A stretch of DNA of 64,000 bases, from NCBI GenBank assembly GCA_963590455.1, contig CAVAPH010000001.1, positions 4,777 through 68,776 of the forward strand. Reading direction: 5' to 3'. The notes under the pieces are model-generated. The model did not search any database. It was not told the DNA's origin and saw only the letters and a list, made by a program, of their open reading frames with translations. Below, piece after piece: positions 10,076-21,045 of this stretch. The position numbers and the translations under genes are program-made. Numbering within the stretch: position 1 is the stretch's first letter; the number at the start of each line of letters is the position of its first letter. This DNA comes from a bacterium (GTDB taxonomy: Bacteria > Bacillota > Clostridia > Oscillospirales > Oscillospiraceae).

Positions 10076-11512
10076 ATGAAAAACACAGAAAAAACAATGG
10101 ACAAAATCGTTGCGCTTTGCAAAAACCGCGGCTTTATTTTCGCCGGCAGCGAGATTTACGGCGGCCTTGCAAACACCTGGGACTACGGCCCCCTCGGCGT
10201 AGAGCTGAAGAACAACGTAAAACGCGCATGGTGGAAGAAGTTCGTTCAGGAGAACCGCTACAATGTCGGTCTGGACGCCGCCATACTGATGAACCCGCAG
10301 ACATGGGTTGCTTCCGGCCACCTGAGCGGATTTTCCGATCCTCTTATGGACTGCCGCGAGTGCCATGAGCGCTTCCGCGCAGACAAGCTCATTGAGGAGT
10401 GGGCAAGCGAGACCGGCTTTGAGCTGGCAAAGCCCATTGACGCTTTCTCTCAGAGCGAGATGAAGGACTTCGTCGAGGAGCACAATATTCCCTGCCCGAC
10501 CTGCGGCAAGCACAACTTTACCGATATACGCCAGTTTAACCTTATGTTCAAGACCTTCCAGGGCGTCACTGAGGATGCGAAGAACACCGTTTACCTCCGC
10601 CCGGAAACTGCGCAGGGTATATTCACAAACTTTGTCAATGTTCAGCGCACCACCCGCCGCAAGCTGCCCTTCGGCATCGGCCAGATAGGCAAGTCCTTCC
10701 GCAACGAGATCACCCCGGGCAACTTCATTTTCCGCGTGCGTGAGTTCGAACAGATGGAGCTTGAGTTCTTCTGCGAGCCGGGCACCGACCTTGAGTGGTT
10801 CGACTACTGGCGCAGCTTCTGCCATGAGTTCCTGCTCTCCATCGGCCTGAAGGATGAGAACCTCCGCTTGCGCGACCATGACCCGGAGGAGCTGTGCTTC
10901 TACTCCAAGGCCACCACGGACTTTGAATTCCTCTTCCCGTTCGGCTGGGGCGAGCTGTGGGGCGTTGCTGACCGTACCGATTACGACCTTACTCAGCATC
11001 AGACCGTGTCCGGTCAGGATCTGACATATTACGATCAGGACAAGAACGAGCACTACATTCCCTATGTTATCGAGCCTTCTCTCGGTGTTGAGCGTACCGT
11101 GCTGAGCGTGCTGTGCGACGCATATGATGAAGAAGTCGTCGGTCAGGACAAGAAGGGCAACGACGATGTCCGCACCGTGCTGCATCTGCACCCGGCACTG
11201 GCTCCGTTCAAGTGCGCCATCCTGCCGCTGAGCAAGAAAGAGATACTCACCGGCCCCGCACTCGAGCTGTATCAGGAGCTGAGCAAGGAGTTTATGTGCG
11301 ATTACGACGAGACCGGCTCCATCGGCAAGCGCTACCGCCGCGAGGACGAGATCGGCACTCCGTTCTGCATCACCTTCGACTTCAACACCGTCGGCACCGA
11401 GACGGACGAGGCAGACCACTGCGTCACCGTACGTGAGCGCGACAGCATGACTCAGGTCCGTATCCCCATCAGCGAGGTCAAGGATTACATTTCCGAGCGC
11501 ATCAAGTTTTGA
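10076..11512 (+). CDS. glyQS: Glycine--tRNA ligase (homodimeric class II type)
   Basis: Start moved to ATG 10076 ([22 protein letters not shown]); the track start at 9911 is a GTG inside the terminator region. Motifs: [18 protein letters not shown] and [25 protein letters not shown]. Confidence 0.95.
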   Translation: MKNTEKTMDKIVALCKNRGFIFAGSEIYGGLANTWDYGPLGVELKNNVKRAWWKKFVQENRYNVGLDAAILMNPQTWVASGHLSGFSDPLMDCRECHERFRADKLIEEWASETGFELAKPIDAFSQSEMKDFVEEHNIPCPTCGKHNFTDIRQFNLMFKTFQGVTEDAKNTVYLRPETAQGIFTNFVNVQRTTRRKLPFGIGQIGKSFRNEITPGNFIFRVREFEQMELEFFCEPGTDLEWFDYWRSFCHEFLLSIGLKDENLRLRDHDPEELCFYSKATTDFEFLFPFGWGELWGVADRTDYDLTQHQTVSGQDLTYYDQDKNEHYIPYVIEPSLGVERTVLSVLCDAYDEEVVGQDKKGNDDVRTVLHLHPALAPFKCAILPLSKKEILTGPALELYQELSKEFMCDYDETGSIGKRYRREDEIGTPFCITFDFNTVGTETDEADHCVTVRERDSMTQVRIPISEVKDYISERIKF

Positions 11513-11559
11513 TTAAAAATTAAATAGAGAATAGAATTAGAATAGAGGCAGTAAGTCAG

Positions 11560-13467
11560 ATGAAAGACGGATTTATTAAGGTCGCGGCGGCATCGCCGGT
11601 TATAAAGGTTGCAGATGCGCAGTACAACGCAGAGCGTGTTATAGAGTGCATGAAAGCGGCAGCGGAAAAGGGCGTGAAGATACTTGTCTTCCCCGAGCTT
11701 ACGCTTACCGGCGCATCCTGCTATGATCTCGTCGGCCACAGAGTTGTCCTTGCCGGTGCAGCCCACGCACTCGAGAGCGTGGTTGAGGCTTCCGCCGGTG
11801 TTGACATGCTCATGTTCGTTGGTCTTCCCTATGCATTCGGCAGCAGACTTCTCAGCTGCGCCGCGGTTATCTACTCCGGTGAGCTGCTCGGCCTTGTCCC
11901 GCGCACCAACGTCGAGGGCAGCCGCTTTGCCGAGTATGTCGGCGAGGGCGAGATAGTAACAGTCGGCTCCCTTGAGACGGAGCTTTGCCCCAACACGCTT
12001 TTCGCACACGAGAGCCTTCCCGGCCTCTCCGTTGCAGTTGAGCTCGGCGATGACATTACCGCACCCGACTCCCCGGCAGCTTATTACGCCGTCGAGGGTG
12101 CAACCGTGATCGCACAGATGGCATCCTTCCCTGCAACCGTTTTCTCCACCGATGACGCCGTTCTCGACATCCGCAGCCAGTCCAAGCGCCTGCACTGCGG
12201 CCTTATCCTCGCAGCACCCGGCAAGGGCGAGAGCTCTACCGACAATGTGTACTCCGGTCTCTGCCTCGTCGCAGAAAACGGTGTTGTTCTGGCACAGAAT
12301 GAGTGCCCGGACAGCGTTGCAGTGAGCGAGATAGACGTTGATTACCTCATGAACCTTCGCCGCAAGGCCGGCGGCTTTGATCTGCCGGATGACGATATGG
12401 GTATTGAGCTCTGGGGCGATGCCCTTGAAGACACCACCCTTACCCGTACATATTCCATGCATCCGCATCTGCCCACACGCCCCGAGGACGTGCCGAGCTA
12501 CTGCGAGCGCGTGCTGGACATTCAGGTGTCCGGCCTTGTAAAGCGCATGGAGTACGCACACCTCGACCACTGTGTCGTCGGCATCTCCGGCGGTGTTGAC
12601 TCCACGCTTGCCGTTATGGTCAGCGCAATGGCAGTAAAGCGCCTGGGCCTGCCCTCTACCAATGTCGTGGCATGCACCATGCCGTGCTTCGGCACCTCCT
12701 CCCGCACCAAGTCCAACGCTGTCATCGTGGCAGAGCAGATGGGCGCAGAGGTACGCGTCATAGATATCGGCAAGTCTGTATATCAGCACTTCGATGATAT
12801 CGGCCACGCACACGATGATTACTCCATCGCCTTTGAGAACGCACAGGCACGTGAGCGCACTCAGGTTCTGCTTGACATTGCAAACAAGGTCAACGGCCTT
12901 GATGTCGGCACCGAGGACCTCAGCGAGTTCGTCGACGGCTGGTGCACCTTCAACGGCGACCATACCAGCAACTACGATGTCAACCTCGGCCTGACCAAGA
13001 CCCAGGTTCGCGCAAATGTCCGCTACATCGCCCAGACCACCAAGGACGAGACTCTCGCCGCAGCACTGTGGGATGTGCTTGACTGCCCCGTAACTCCGGA
13101 GCTCCTGCCCATCCATGATGACCAGATCGAGCAGAAGAGCGAGGACGCTGTCGGCTCCTACTCTCTGCAGGACTTCTTCACCCACAAGATGATGATCTGC
13201 GGCTTTACCCCCTCCAAGACCTTCCGCCTTGCAAAGTGCGCATACGGCGAGGAGTTCACGGATGAGGAGCTTGTCCGTTGGCTCAAGAGCTACTGCCGCC
13301 GTTACTTCAGCCAGCAGTTCAAGCGCTCCTGCCTGATGGACGGTCCTGCAGTCGAAGCTTTCACGGTTTCCCCGCGCGTCGGCTTCCTCATCCCCTCCGA
13401 TGCAGAGAATGCACTCTTCCTCGCAGATGTTGAAGAGCTTGAAAAGCGCGTAATGGGCAATAAATAA
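11560..13467 (+). CDS. nadE: Glutamine-dependent NAD+ synthase
   Basis: 635 aa. N-terminal CN-hydrolase domain (VFPELTLTG) and C-terminal NAD synthetase PP-loop (GISGGVDST). Confidence 0.9.
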   Translation: MKDGFIKVAAASPVIKVADAQYNAERVIECMKAAAEKGVKILVFPELTLTGASCYDLVGHRVVLAGAAHALESVVEASAGVDMLMFVGLPYAFGSRLLSCAAVIYSGELLGLVPRTNVEGSRFAEYVGEGEIVTVGSLETELCPNTLFAHESLPGLSVAVELGDDITAPDSPAAYYAVEGATVIAQMASFPATVFSTDDAVLDIRSQSKRLHCGLILAAPGKGESSTDNVYSGLCLVAENGVVLAQNECPDSVAVSEIDVDYLMNLRRKAGGFDLPDDDMGIELWGDALEDTTLTRTYSMHPHLPTRPEDVPSYCERVLDIQVSGLVKRMEYAHLDHCVVGISGGVDSTLAVMVSAMAVKRLGLPSTNVVACTMPCFGTSSRTKSNAVIVAEQMGAEVRVIDIGKSVYQHFDDIGHAHDDYSIAFENAQARERTQVLLDIANKVNGLDVGTEDLSEFVDGWCTFNGDHTSNYDVNLGLTKTQVRANVRYIAQTTKDETLAAALWDVLDCPVTPELLPIHDDQIEQKSEDAVGSYSLQDFFTHKMMICGFTPSKTFRLAKCAYGEEFTDEELVRWLKSYCRRYFSQQFKRSCLMDGPAVEAFTVSPRVGFLIPSDAENALFLADVEELEKRVMGNK

Positions 13468-13485
13468 TATTTTTGATAAAAGCAG

Positions 13486-13525
13486 AGCAGCACCGTGGAG
13501 ATAAAATTCACGGTGCTGCTTTTAT
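13486..13525. terminator. Bidirectional terminator between convergent nadE and the Sel1 gene
   Basis: 12-bp perfect stem AGCAGCACCGTG / CACGGTGCTGCT, flanked by A-rich sequence on the left and TTTTA on the right. Confidence 0.8.
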
Positions 13526-13538
13526 AATTATTATATTT

Positions 13539-14912
13539 TTATCCCGACGCGCCTGACAGCCGTTCAACCGCCGATGACGCCTGCTCATTCCCACGCTGAG
13601 CGGCTGCCGAATACAGCTGCAGCGCCTTCTGCGTGTCCTTGTCAACGCCGGTTCCGTTCTCGTAACAGAGGGCGAGATTATATAAGCCGTTTGCATCGCC
13701 GAAGTCGGCTGCGATGCCGTAGCATTCTACGGCTTTGTCGATGTCGGCATCAAGACCTATCCCGTATTGATACAGGTAGCCGAGATTGTTATACGCCCCC
13801 ATGCAGGTGACCTCGTTGCCCTGCGCGATCGCGGCAGAGTACCATTCGGCGGCCTTTTTGTTATTCTTCTTGACGCCGAGCGCGTCCTGATACATGAGTC
13901 CGATATCCGCCTTCGCTGTTGCACTGCCGAGAGACGCGGCGGATTTATAATATTTCATGGCCTGCTCGTAGTCAGTATCGGTGCCGGTGCCGTTCCTGCA
14001 GAATGTTCCGCACAGCCGCAGCGCGTCCGCATCACCGGCATCCGCGGCCTTTTTCATCCACTCGAAGGCGGATTCGGCGGAGTACGTGATGCCGCCCTCG
14101 CCGTAGAGAAAATACTGCGCGTACTCACGCCGAGCTGCCGGGCATCCGCTCTCGGCGAGATTTTTCAGCGTCGGGAGGAGCTCGGTGAATATCTGCTGGG
14201 CGCGGTCGATATCCGCATCGCCGAAGCGCCCGGCCTGAATATCTGCGGCAATGTCATAGCAAAATACTGCGGGTGTATAATCGCATTCGAGTGCCTTTTC
14301 CGCATAGCTGAGTGCAAGTCCGGCATTGCGCTCACAGCCGAGACCGAGCAGCGCGCAGCGGCCGGCGTAATAATATACAAGCCCTGCTTCCGGAAAGCTG
14401 CTGTCATAGGCTGCCGCGGCGGTGAGAAATTCCGAATATAGCTTCGTGGCCTGCTCATGATCCTCGTCAATCGGATATCCGCGCTGGTATGCGTCTGCCA
14501 GAAGATAAAACGCCGGGGCATATCCGCCGTTTGCAGCAAGATTAAAAAGCTCGCATGCCGCCTTGCAGTCAATTTCGCAGCCGAAGCCGTAACGGCGGCA
14601 GAGAGCCAGCAGAAACTCGGCCTGAGCATGACCGGAGTTTTCAGCACCGCTGAGCAGATTAAAAGCGGCGTTATAATCTGCGTTGACGTAAAATAAGTCT
14701 GCCGCCTGAGAATAAATCGGGTCCCAGCTTCCGGCGGCAGCCGCAGCTGATGCGGAGGGAGTGCTTCCGGAGGCCTGCGGCGATGAGACTGCACCTGCAA
14801 GGTCGAGACGCACACGCTCACTCCCGCAGGCGCAAAGAGACAGCAGAAGTGAGAGCATGAGCAGCACGGAGAGAAGCCTGATATGCTTTGACTGAGTGTT
14901 ATTAGAGGTCAT
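13539..14912 (-). CDS. Sel1-repeat (TPR-like) lipoprotein
   Basis: Start moved to ATG 14912 (MTSNNTQSKHIRLLSVLLMLSLLLSLCACGS, lipobox). The track extension up to 14975 would run through the terminator of the neighbouring gene. There are many Sel1-type repeats (..AAEWYSAAIAQGN.., ..ALQLYSAAAQRGN..). Confidence 0.8.
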   Translation of the reverse strand: MTSNNTQSKHIRLLSVLLMLSLLLSLCACGSERVRLDLAGAVSSPQASGSTPSASAAAAAGSWDPIYSQAADLFYVNADYNAAFNLLSGAENSGHAQAEFLLALCRRYGFGCEIDCKAACELFNLAANGGYAPAFYLLADAYQRGYPIDEDHEQATKLYSEFLTAAAAYDSSFPEAGLVYYYAGRCALLGLGCERNAGLALSYAEKALECDYTPAVFCYDIAADIQAGRFGDADIDRAQQIFTELLPTLKNLAESGCPAARREYAQYFLYGEGGITYSAESAFEWMKKAADAGDADALRLCGTFCRNGTGTDTDYEQAMKYYKSAASLGSATAKADIGLMYQDALGVKKNNKKAAEWYSAAIAQGNEVTCMGAYNNLGYLYQYGIGLDADIDKAVECYGIAADFGDANGLYNLALCYENGTGVDKDTQKALQLYSAAAQRGNEQASSAVERLSGASG

Positions 14913-14940
14913 GCGCCAGCGCCCCTTTATATAATTATAT

Positions 14941-14987
14941 AAAATTATTATAAATGCCCGCAGCTGCTTTGACAAGCGGCTGCGGGC
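14941..14987 (-). terminator. Terminator of the NhaC-like gene
   Basis: Hairpin GCCCGCAGCTGC / GCGGCTGCGGGC (one mismatch), followed on the minus strand by ATTTATAATAATTTT. Confidence 0.6.
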
Positions 14988-15012
14988 CGGATATTTATAT
15001 TATTATATTTAA

Positions 15013-16320
15013 TTATGCCGTTTTACTGCGCATTTTCATGTGCGGGGTGTGAATAAGCCGCCAGAGCGGGATGAGATAGAGATATACTGCAAACAAAAGG
15101 CTCACTGTCGGCGCACCGACGGAGGCGAGCGGGACAGCGGCGGCTATGGACCAGGGAAAGAGCGGCGCGACTATTACGGCGCTGTCTTCAATATCAAGGG
15201 CGAGACGATTATTATCCGTTTCAGTGTCCCGGCAGAGCTGATATGTCAGCATGATGGATAAAGTCTGGTTGCAGGCTATCGCACCGGAGATGAGTGAGGC
15301 GCAGAGAGAGGCAACATAGGGCGTTGTGCGGGAGGATATGCCGTCTGTAATTTTAACCGCGCCGTCAAGCAGACCCGTCTGACGGAATATGCCTGAGAAT
15401 GAAGAGGACAGGCACACTATTGCGGACACCTTCAGCATCGAAACTATGCCGCCGCCGTTGAGCATTGCCGCAACCTCGCTGTCAGCTGCGGTGTATCCCA
15501 TAATCATGATTTTCGGAAGCTCCTGGATCGAAACGCCCTGCAAGAATATGCAGACGGGGATGGACACAATTATGCTCGAGAGCATTGCAAGCTTTACGTT
15601 TACCCTGAAGAGTGCCGGTATGAGTATTGCCAGTGCCGGCAGGAGAGCGTACCATTTGAGCGAAAATTCGCGCGAGAACACCGACTGCAGATTTGCATCC
15701 GCACCGGCGGAGTGAGGCATGAGCCCGGCAAGCGTGTATATTATGCAGGTGGCGGCAAAGGGGACAAAGGCGCTGTGCAGCATGGCTTTGATATTGCCGT
15801 AAATATCCGTGTGCGTGAGCTCGGCCGTCAAAAGCGCACTTGTGGATACGGGCGAGCATCTGTCACCAAAATATGCGCCGGAGAATATCGCGCCGCCCGC
15901 AAGAGCAGGGGAGATGTTCAGCGCGTTTGCCATCGTCATGCATACCACGCCCATCGTCGCCGATGTTCCGAATGACGTACCTGTAAGAAAAGACACGAGA
16001 GAGTTGAGCAAAAATGTCATCAGGAGAAAGAGCGACGGCGTGATTAAATGCACGGTGCCGCAAACAATCACGGGGATAACTCCGGCGGCGCGCCAGAGAG
16101 CCGTGAGTATGCCGATAAGCAGAAAGTTCAGCAGCACGTTTTTCGCGGTTTTTATCCCGTCAAGGCACATTTTAAAAAGCGCTTTCCATGAGAAGTGCTT
16201 AATTCTGCCGTAGATGAGGAATAAAATAAGCCCGGCTGCAAGCGCGTAAAGTATGGATAAATCCAGTACGACGCACAGTATCAGCATTGCCGCAAATATT
16301 ATAATTACCGCAAGCTCCAT
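15013..16320 (-). CDS. Polytopic membrane transporter, Na+/H+ antiporter NhaC family (tentative)
   Basis: 435 aa, 11-12 hydrophobic helices. The family assignment is from remembered resemblance to NhaC-type antiporters and is not motif-proven. Confidence 0.55.
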   Translation of the reverse strand: MELAVIIIFAAMLILCVVLDLSILYALAAGLILFLIYGRIKHFSWKALFKMCLDGIKTAKNVLLNFLLIGILTALWRAAGVIPVIVCGTVHLITPSLFLLMTFLLNSLVSFLTGTSFGTSATMGVVCMTMANALNISPALAGGAIFSGAYFGDRCSPVSTSALLTAELTHTDIYGNIKAMLHSAFVPFAATCIIYTLAGLMPHSAGADANLQSVFSREFSLKWYALLPALAILIPALFRVNVKLAMLSSIIVSIPVCIFLQGVSIQELPKIMIMGYTAADSEVAAMLNGGGIVSMLKVSAIVCLSSSFSGIFRQTGLLDGAVKITDGISSRTTPYVASLCASLISGAIACNQTLSIMLTYQLCRDTETDNNRLALDIEDSAVIVAPLFPWSIAAAVPLASVGAPTVSLLFAVYLYLIPLWRLIHTPHMKMRSKTA

Positions 16321-16496
16321 TGCATTAAAGCCTCATGTTCCGAAAAATATACGCAGATATTAACACAGCCGGGAAGCTTTGTAAACGCGGAAAAAAGCGG
16401 GAGCGCATTTTTCGTTGCATATGGCGATAAAATGATATATAATCACCGCATAATATATAAAAATTATTATAAATATAAACGGAGACGGATAATCAT

Positions 16497-17375
16497 ATGG
16501 AAGAAAAAACTGCCGGCGCATTATACATCGTGGCAACACCCATAGGAAATTCACAGGATATGTCGCCCAGAGGGAAAAAGATTCTCTCCGAGGTGGACAT
16601 TATTGCCGCCGAGGACACCCGCCGTTCAATGGTATTATTAAATAAGCTTGAGATACGCAACAAGCTTGTGTCAAACCACAAGTTCAACGAGTACGGGAAG
16701 GCAAAATATTTTATAAACGAGATGCTCGACGGAAAGTCGGTGGCGGTCATAACCGATGCCGGCACGCCCTGTATATCAGACCCGGGAAACGAACTCATCA
16801 AGGCCGCAGTCGAGGCGGGCATAAGAGTTATAGGCGTTCCGGGCTGCTGCGCTGCAGTGACGGCACTGTCAATATCCGGCTTTGATCTCTCCAGCTTTTT
16901 GTTCTACGGCTTCTTCCCTCGCGAAAATGCCGAACGCCGCCGCCTGCTTGAAAAGCTGCGCCGCGGAGATACGCGCACATATGCACTCTACGAGTCGCCG
17001 AAGCGCATTATGGAGCTGGTTGATTTCTTTATAGATTCAGGCGCAAAATGCCGTATGTGCCTGTGCAACGATATGACGAAGCTCCACGAGATGAGCTTTC
17101 GCGGCACACCGAGCGAGGTTAAGGAGCAGCTTCTTGCCAAGGGCAGCTATGACAAGGGCGAGTATGCCGTCGTGATAGAGATAGACGAGGACTACGTATT
17201 TAATAAAGTAGAGCACACAGTCTCTGCCGAGGCAATGCTTGTCGATGCGATGGTCTCCGGCGGCCTGACGGCAAAAGAGGCAGTCAGCGCCGTTCTTGCC
17301 GACGAGAATAACTCATACAGCAAAAATGAGCTTAAGAGCGCGGCGCTCAGCTTAAAGCGCATGTTCGGAGAGTGA
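16497..17375 (+). CDS. rsmI: 16S rRNA (cytidine1402-2'-O)-methyltransferase
   Basis: ALYIVATPIGNSQDMSPRG..IIAAEDTR..TDAGTPCISDPG pattern of the RsmI tetrapyrrole-methylase-fold family. Confidence 0.9.
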   Translation: MEEKTAGALYIVATPIGNSQDMSPRGKKILSEVDIIAAEDTRRSMVLLNKLEIRNKLVSNHKFNEYGKAKYFINEMLDGKSVAVITDAGTPCISDPGNELIKAAVEAGIRVIGVPGCCAAVTALSISGFDLSSFLFYGFFPRENAERRRLLEKLRRGDTRTYALYESPKRIMELVDFFIDSGAKCRMCLCNDMTKLHEMSFRGTPSEVKEQLLAKGSYDKGEYAVVIEIDEDYVFNKVEHTVSAEAMLVDAMVSGGLTAKEAVSAVLADENNSYSKNELKSAALSLKRMFGE

Positions 17376-17382
17376 GGCGCAG

Positions 17383-18546
17383 ATGACACAAACGGCTTCA
17401 CGTTTGCATGCGGAGCTTGCCGCGGCGCTCGATACACTCTCGAAGGCCGTCTTCAGCCAGCCGACGGACGCACTTTCCGACACGAAGGTCAGTGTGCGCC
17501 CGGTGCTCATAAAGGGCGAGCGGCGTTACCAGACAGAACGCTTCCGCGATAATAAGGCCTTTCATCAGAATTTAAACGCCGATGAGCTTATGCGCCTTTT
17601 TGATGCCGAGCTTGACGGCAGATACCGTCAGGTGCTCATCTCGTCCGGCGCAGGCTCTGCACAGTACAGCCTCAAGACGAACGGCAGCTATAAGCGCAAG
17701 GGACTGAGCGATGTCCCGCTGCCGGGCGGAGCTCAACTGCACAACAGAGGAAAAAATTATATTCTTGCCGAGGGCGAGAATATTCCGGCCTTGGTGGATC
17801 TCGGCGTGTTCACGTCAGACTTTCACGTGGTTCGGGCAAAATATGATAAATATAAGCAGATAAACAGATTTGTTGAGCTCGTGGATGACGAGCTGAGCAA
17901 GATGAACGGCGATGAGATAAGCATACTTGATTTCGGCTGCGGCAAGTCGTATCTGACGTTTATCCTATATTATTATTTTACGGTCAAGCGCGGCATGAGG
18001 GCGAAAATCATCGGCTATGATCTCAAGGCTGACGTGGTGGAGCATTGCAACGAGATCGCCGCGAAATACGGCTATGACGGGCTGCACTTCGTCCATGCCG
18101 ATGTCACCCGTGATGTCCTCTACGATCAGCATATCGACATGATAGTCACGCTTCACGCCTGCGACACAGCGACGGATTACGCGCTCTGGTATGCGCTGTC
18201 GCATCATGTCAGCTATATATTCTCCGTGCCCTGCTGCCAGCATGAGATAAACAGCAGCATCAAAAAGGGCGGAGAGCTGGACATATTCATGTCGCATGGA
18301 ATAATCAAGGAGCGTATGTCGGCCCTGCTGACTGACTCCATACGTGCCGCCGTCCTTGAGGATATGGGCTACAAGGTGGATATGATAGAGTTTATCGACT
18401 TTGAGCACTCGCCGAAAAATCTCATGATACGTGCCGTTCGCAGCGGCACAAAGGGGAAAAAGCGCATATCCCGCGCCCGGGCTCTCGCCGATGAGTACGG
18501 CTTTTCACAGACCCTGCTCCGCCTTGCGGCAGAGAACGAGCTTTAA
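17383..18546 (+). CDS. Class I SAM-dependent methyltransferase, unknown target
   Basis: 387 aa. SAM-binding motif I ILDFGCGKSYLTF in the C-terminal half. It follows rsmI after a 7-nt gap. Confidence 0.6.
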   Translation: MTQTASRLHAELAAALDTLSKAVFSQPTDALSDTKVSVRPVLIKGERRYQTERFRDNKAFHQNLNADELMRLFDAELDGRYRQVLISSGAGSAQYSLKTNGSYKRKGLSDVPLPGGAQLHNRGKNYILAEGENIPALVDLGVFTSDFHVVRAKYDKYKQINRFVELVDDELSKMNGDEISILDFGCGKSYLTFILYYYFTVKRGMRAKIIGYDLKADVVEHCNEIAAKYGYDGLHFVHADVTRDVLYDQHIDMIVTLHACDTATDYALWYALSHHVSYIFSVPCCQHEINSSIKKGGELDIFMSHGIIKERMSALLTDSIRAAVLEDMGYKVDMIEFIDFEHSPKNLMIRAVRSGTKGKKRISRARALADEYGFSQTLLRLAAENEL

Positions 18547-18558
18547 TAAATATATATA

Positions 18559-18598
18559 ATTTCCGGCAGGATTATTATTTTAATGCCGGAAATTTTTC
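18559..18598 (+). terminator. Rho-independent terminator
   Basis: 10-bp stem ATTTCCGGCA / TGCCGGAAAT followed by TTTTT. Confidence 0.8.
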
Positions 18599-18627
18599 TT
18601 GCGTTATCTAAGTCACGTTGTTATAAT
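18599..18627 (+). promoter_or_regulatory. Sigma-70-type promoter of the C11 peptidase gene
   Basis: TTGCGT, 17-nt spacer, TATAAT (18622-18627). Confidence 0.55.
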
Positions 18628-18689
18628 AAAATATTGGAGTATACAAATTTTTTCCACGCTGAGAAAAAATAAAGGAGAGAGGAGCTCAT

Positions 18690-20951
18690 ATGAGTCAGAA
18701 AACAAAAAAGCTTCTGTGGCTGTGCCTGGCTGCCGTTATCGTAATTGGCCTGCTGTCGGTTGCTGCAGTTAAGCTTAAGCCTGCAGAGGAGGTCGAGTCG
18801 GATCTTCCGGGCTGGACCGTTATGGTATATCTCTGCGGCACAGATCTTGAAAGCAACGGCGGCATGGCGACAATCAACCTCGTTGAGATGGCCGAGACAA
18901 CGCCCAATGAGAATGTCAACGTCATAATTCAGACCGGCGGCACCGCAGAATGGCAGGCGGAGGAGCAGCTCGGCCTTGACATAGCGACGGACAAGATTCA
19001 GCGCTATAAGTTTGACAGCGACGGATTTACCCTCGTTGATGAGCAGCCGCTGGACAACATGGCAAACGCTGAGACGCTTTCCGACTTCATCAGCTGGGGT
19101 CAGGAGAATTACCCGGCTGATAAATACATGCTCACGATATGGGACCACGGCGGCGGAAGCCTGGCGGGACTTATTGTCGATGAACTGCACAATGACGCCA
19201 TCATGTCGCTTGACGATATGGGCCGCGCAATTGACCAGTCCGGCGTACATATAGAAGCACTTATGCTGGACACTTGCCTTATGGCAACGATTGAAACCTG
19301 CGCAGCGGTGGATGACAGCGTCAACTATCTTATCGCCTCCGAGGAGACAGTCCCCGGACAGGGCAGCAATTATTCCGGCTGGCTGCAGTACCTCTACGAT
19401 AACCCCGATTGTGACGGTGCACGTCTCGGCCATTGCGTGGCGGACACCATACAGCAGAAGTATGCCGAGATGGGCGACGGCGCAGCAGACGAAGTTACTT
19501 TCTCCGTAATAGATCTCAGCAAGATGGATCCGGTATATACTGCGTTTGACGATATGTTTGCCGAGGCCGGCACACTTCTGAGCGATGTCACGAAGTTCAG
19601 CAAATTTGCGCTCGCGATCAGCCGCTCAGAGTCCTATGCCTCTTCTGATATGCGCGATGTCGGCGACCTGGCATCTCGTGCAGCAGGAAACGGCATAAGT
19701 GAGGAGACCGCAAAGAAGCTCATAAATGCGATTGAGGATGCGGTTGTCTACCAGACAAAGGGCTCCACACACAGCTACTCAACCGGTATGTCCTTCTATT
19801 ATGCACCCACGGCCAACAAGTACTACATGGATCACTATGCGAGAATCTGCCCGAGTGCATCTTATCTCGCATTCCTCGATGCAACGCACATGGACTGGAG
19901 CGCACCGGAGAGCGTATATGAAACAGCTACGCGCCTGCCCGATATCACCAGTGAGGATTATATAGTAAAAACAGATGTCAATGTTACCGGCGACGGTGAG
20001 CTGCAGCTGAACATCACCAGTGCAAGCAATGCAGTTTCCTCAGTCGATGCAAACCTGATCATGCTCAACGAAGAAACAGGCACATGGCAGCTCCTTGGCG
20101 AGACCTATAAGGTCGGTATAGCGGTTGAGGATGACCAGTTTGTCTACAGAGCAAAGTTCGACGGTACATGGCCTTCACTCTGCGGCGCGCCCTGCCAGAT
20201 AAACATTATCGAGGAGAATATGGACTACACGCTCTGCGGTATTCCCGTTTACATCGACGGCGGCAAGTACCTGCTTCGTGCTGCATACGTGTTTGACAAT
20301 TCTCTTGAAAACCTCTATGAGCAGCTGCTTGAGGCCTACACAGAGGAAGACAGCGGTGACGCAACGGAAGAGGAGCAGAGTGCTGAAGTCGTTAACAACA
20401 TGCTTGATGCTCTCAACGGCAATACACAGGACGGCAGTGAGCCCTATGCCGGCAGCTATCAGGTCTACGGCGTATGGGGCGGCGGCAACTCTGCACTTGA
20501 TATGCCCGGCCGTGATGTTATTTCGATTACTCAGCTCGAGGGTTCGGAGCTTCATGTGCTCATCTCAGACTACAGCTTCCGCACAGGAGCTGAAATCGGC
20601 TACAGGCAGTCTGCAGGAGTTACTGTCAGCAAATCACTCACCATTACCGATGAGCCCCTGCCCGCCGGCTGGTATGCATATTCGTTTGTTGTCAATGACG
20701 TGCTCAACAATAAGAACGTGACAGATGTCGTGTTCTTCTACTGGGACGGCGAGAATGCAGATTTCGCAAACAGCTATAGCTTTGTCGACGTCATTGATGC
20801 CTATTATTCCTTCTACTACGCGGATGATCCTGCAGAAGCTGAAAGCGAAATGGATCCTGATCTTAAAGAGCTGGTCATATCCGTGCTCGGCGAACTTCCC
20901 AACACGGATGAGGTGGACTCAACTGAAAGCAGCTCGGACACCGCAGCATAA
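18690..20951 (+). CDS. Clostripain-family (C11) cysteine peptidase, membrane-anchored/secreted, with a large C-terminal extension
   Basis: N-terminal signal anchor. WTVMVYLCGTDLE, TIWDHGGG (catalytic His context) and LMLDTCLMA (catalytic Cys context). Confidence 0.85.
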   Translation: MSQKTKKLLWLCLAAVIVIGLLSVAAVKLKPAEEVESDLPGWTVMVYLCGTDLESNGGMATINLVEMAETTPNENVNVIIQTGGTAEWQAEEQLGLDIATDKIQRYKFDSDGFTLVDEQPLDNMANAETLSDFISWGQENYPADKYMLTIWDHGGGSLAGLIVDELHNDAIMSLDDMGRAIDQSGVHIEALMLDTCLMATIETCAAVDDSVNYLIASEETVPGQGSNYSGWLQYLYDNPDCDGARLGHCVADTIQQKYAEMGDGAADEVTFSVIDLSKMDPVYTAFDDMFAEAGTLLSDVTKFSKFALAISRSESYASSDMRDVGDLASRAAGNGISEETAKKLINAIEDAVVYQTKGSTHSYSTGMSFYYAPTANKYYMDHYARICPSASYLAFLDATHMDWSAPESVYETATRLPDITSEDYIVKTDVNVTGDGELQLNITSASNAVSSVDANLIMLNEETGTWQLLGETYKVGIAVEDDQFVYRAKFDGTWPSLCGAPCQINIIEENMDYTLCGIPVYIDGGKYLLRAAYVFDNSLENLYEQLLEAYTEEDSGDATEEEQSAEVVNNMLDALNGNTQDGSEPYAGSYQVYGVWGGGNSALDMPGRDVISITQLEGSELHVLISDYSFRTGAEIGYRQSAGVTVSKSLTITDEPLPAGWYAYSFVVNDVLNNKNVTDVVFFYWDGENADFANSYSFVDVIDAYYSFYYADDPAEAESEMDPDLKELVISVLGELPNTDEVDSTESSSDTAA

Positions 20952-20966
20952 TTAAATATAATTTTT

Positions 20967-21007
20967 ACGGGACTGTTATGAAAAATATAGCAGTCCTGTT
21001 TTATTTT
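20967..21007 (+). terminator. Rho-independent terminator
   Basis: Stem ACGGGACTG / CAGTCCTGT (one G-U pair), followed by TTTTATTTT. Confidence 0.7.
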
Positions 21008-21016
21008 AAAAACATG

Positions 21017-21045
21017 TTGACAAACGGCGATGACGGGAGTATAAT
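21017..21045 (+). promoter_or_regulatory. Consensus sigma-70 promoter of cysK
   Basis: TTGACA (21017-21022), exactly 17 nt, TATAAT (21040-21045). Confidence 0.75.

Noticed and set aside
9920-11419. 499-aa ORF antisense to glyQS.
   Set aside because: It is a shadow ORF of a high-confidence housekeeping gene, with low-complexity A/V/L/G composition and no RBS.
11485-13185. 566-aa ORF antisense to nadE.
   Set aside because: Same reasoning. nadE has both catalytic domain motifs, while the antisense product has none.
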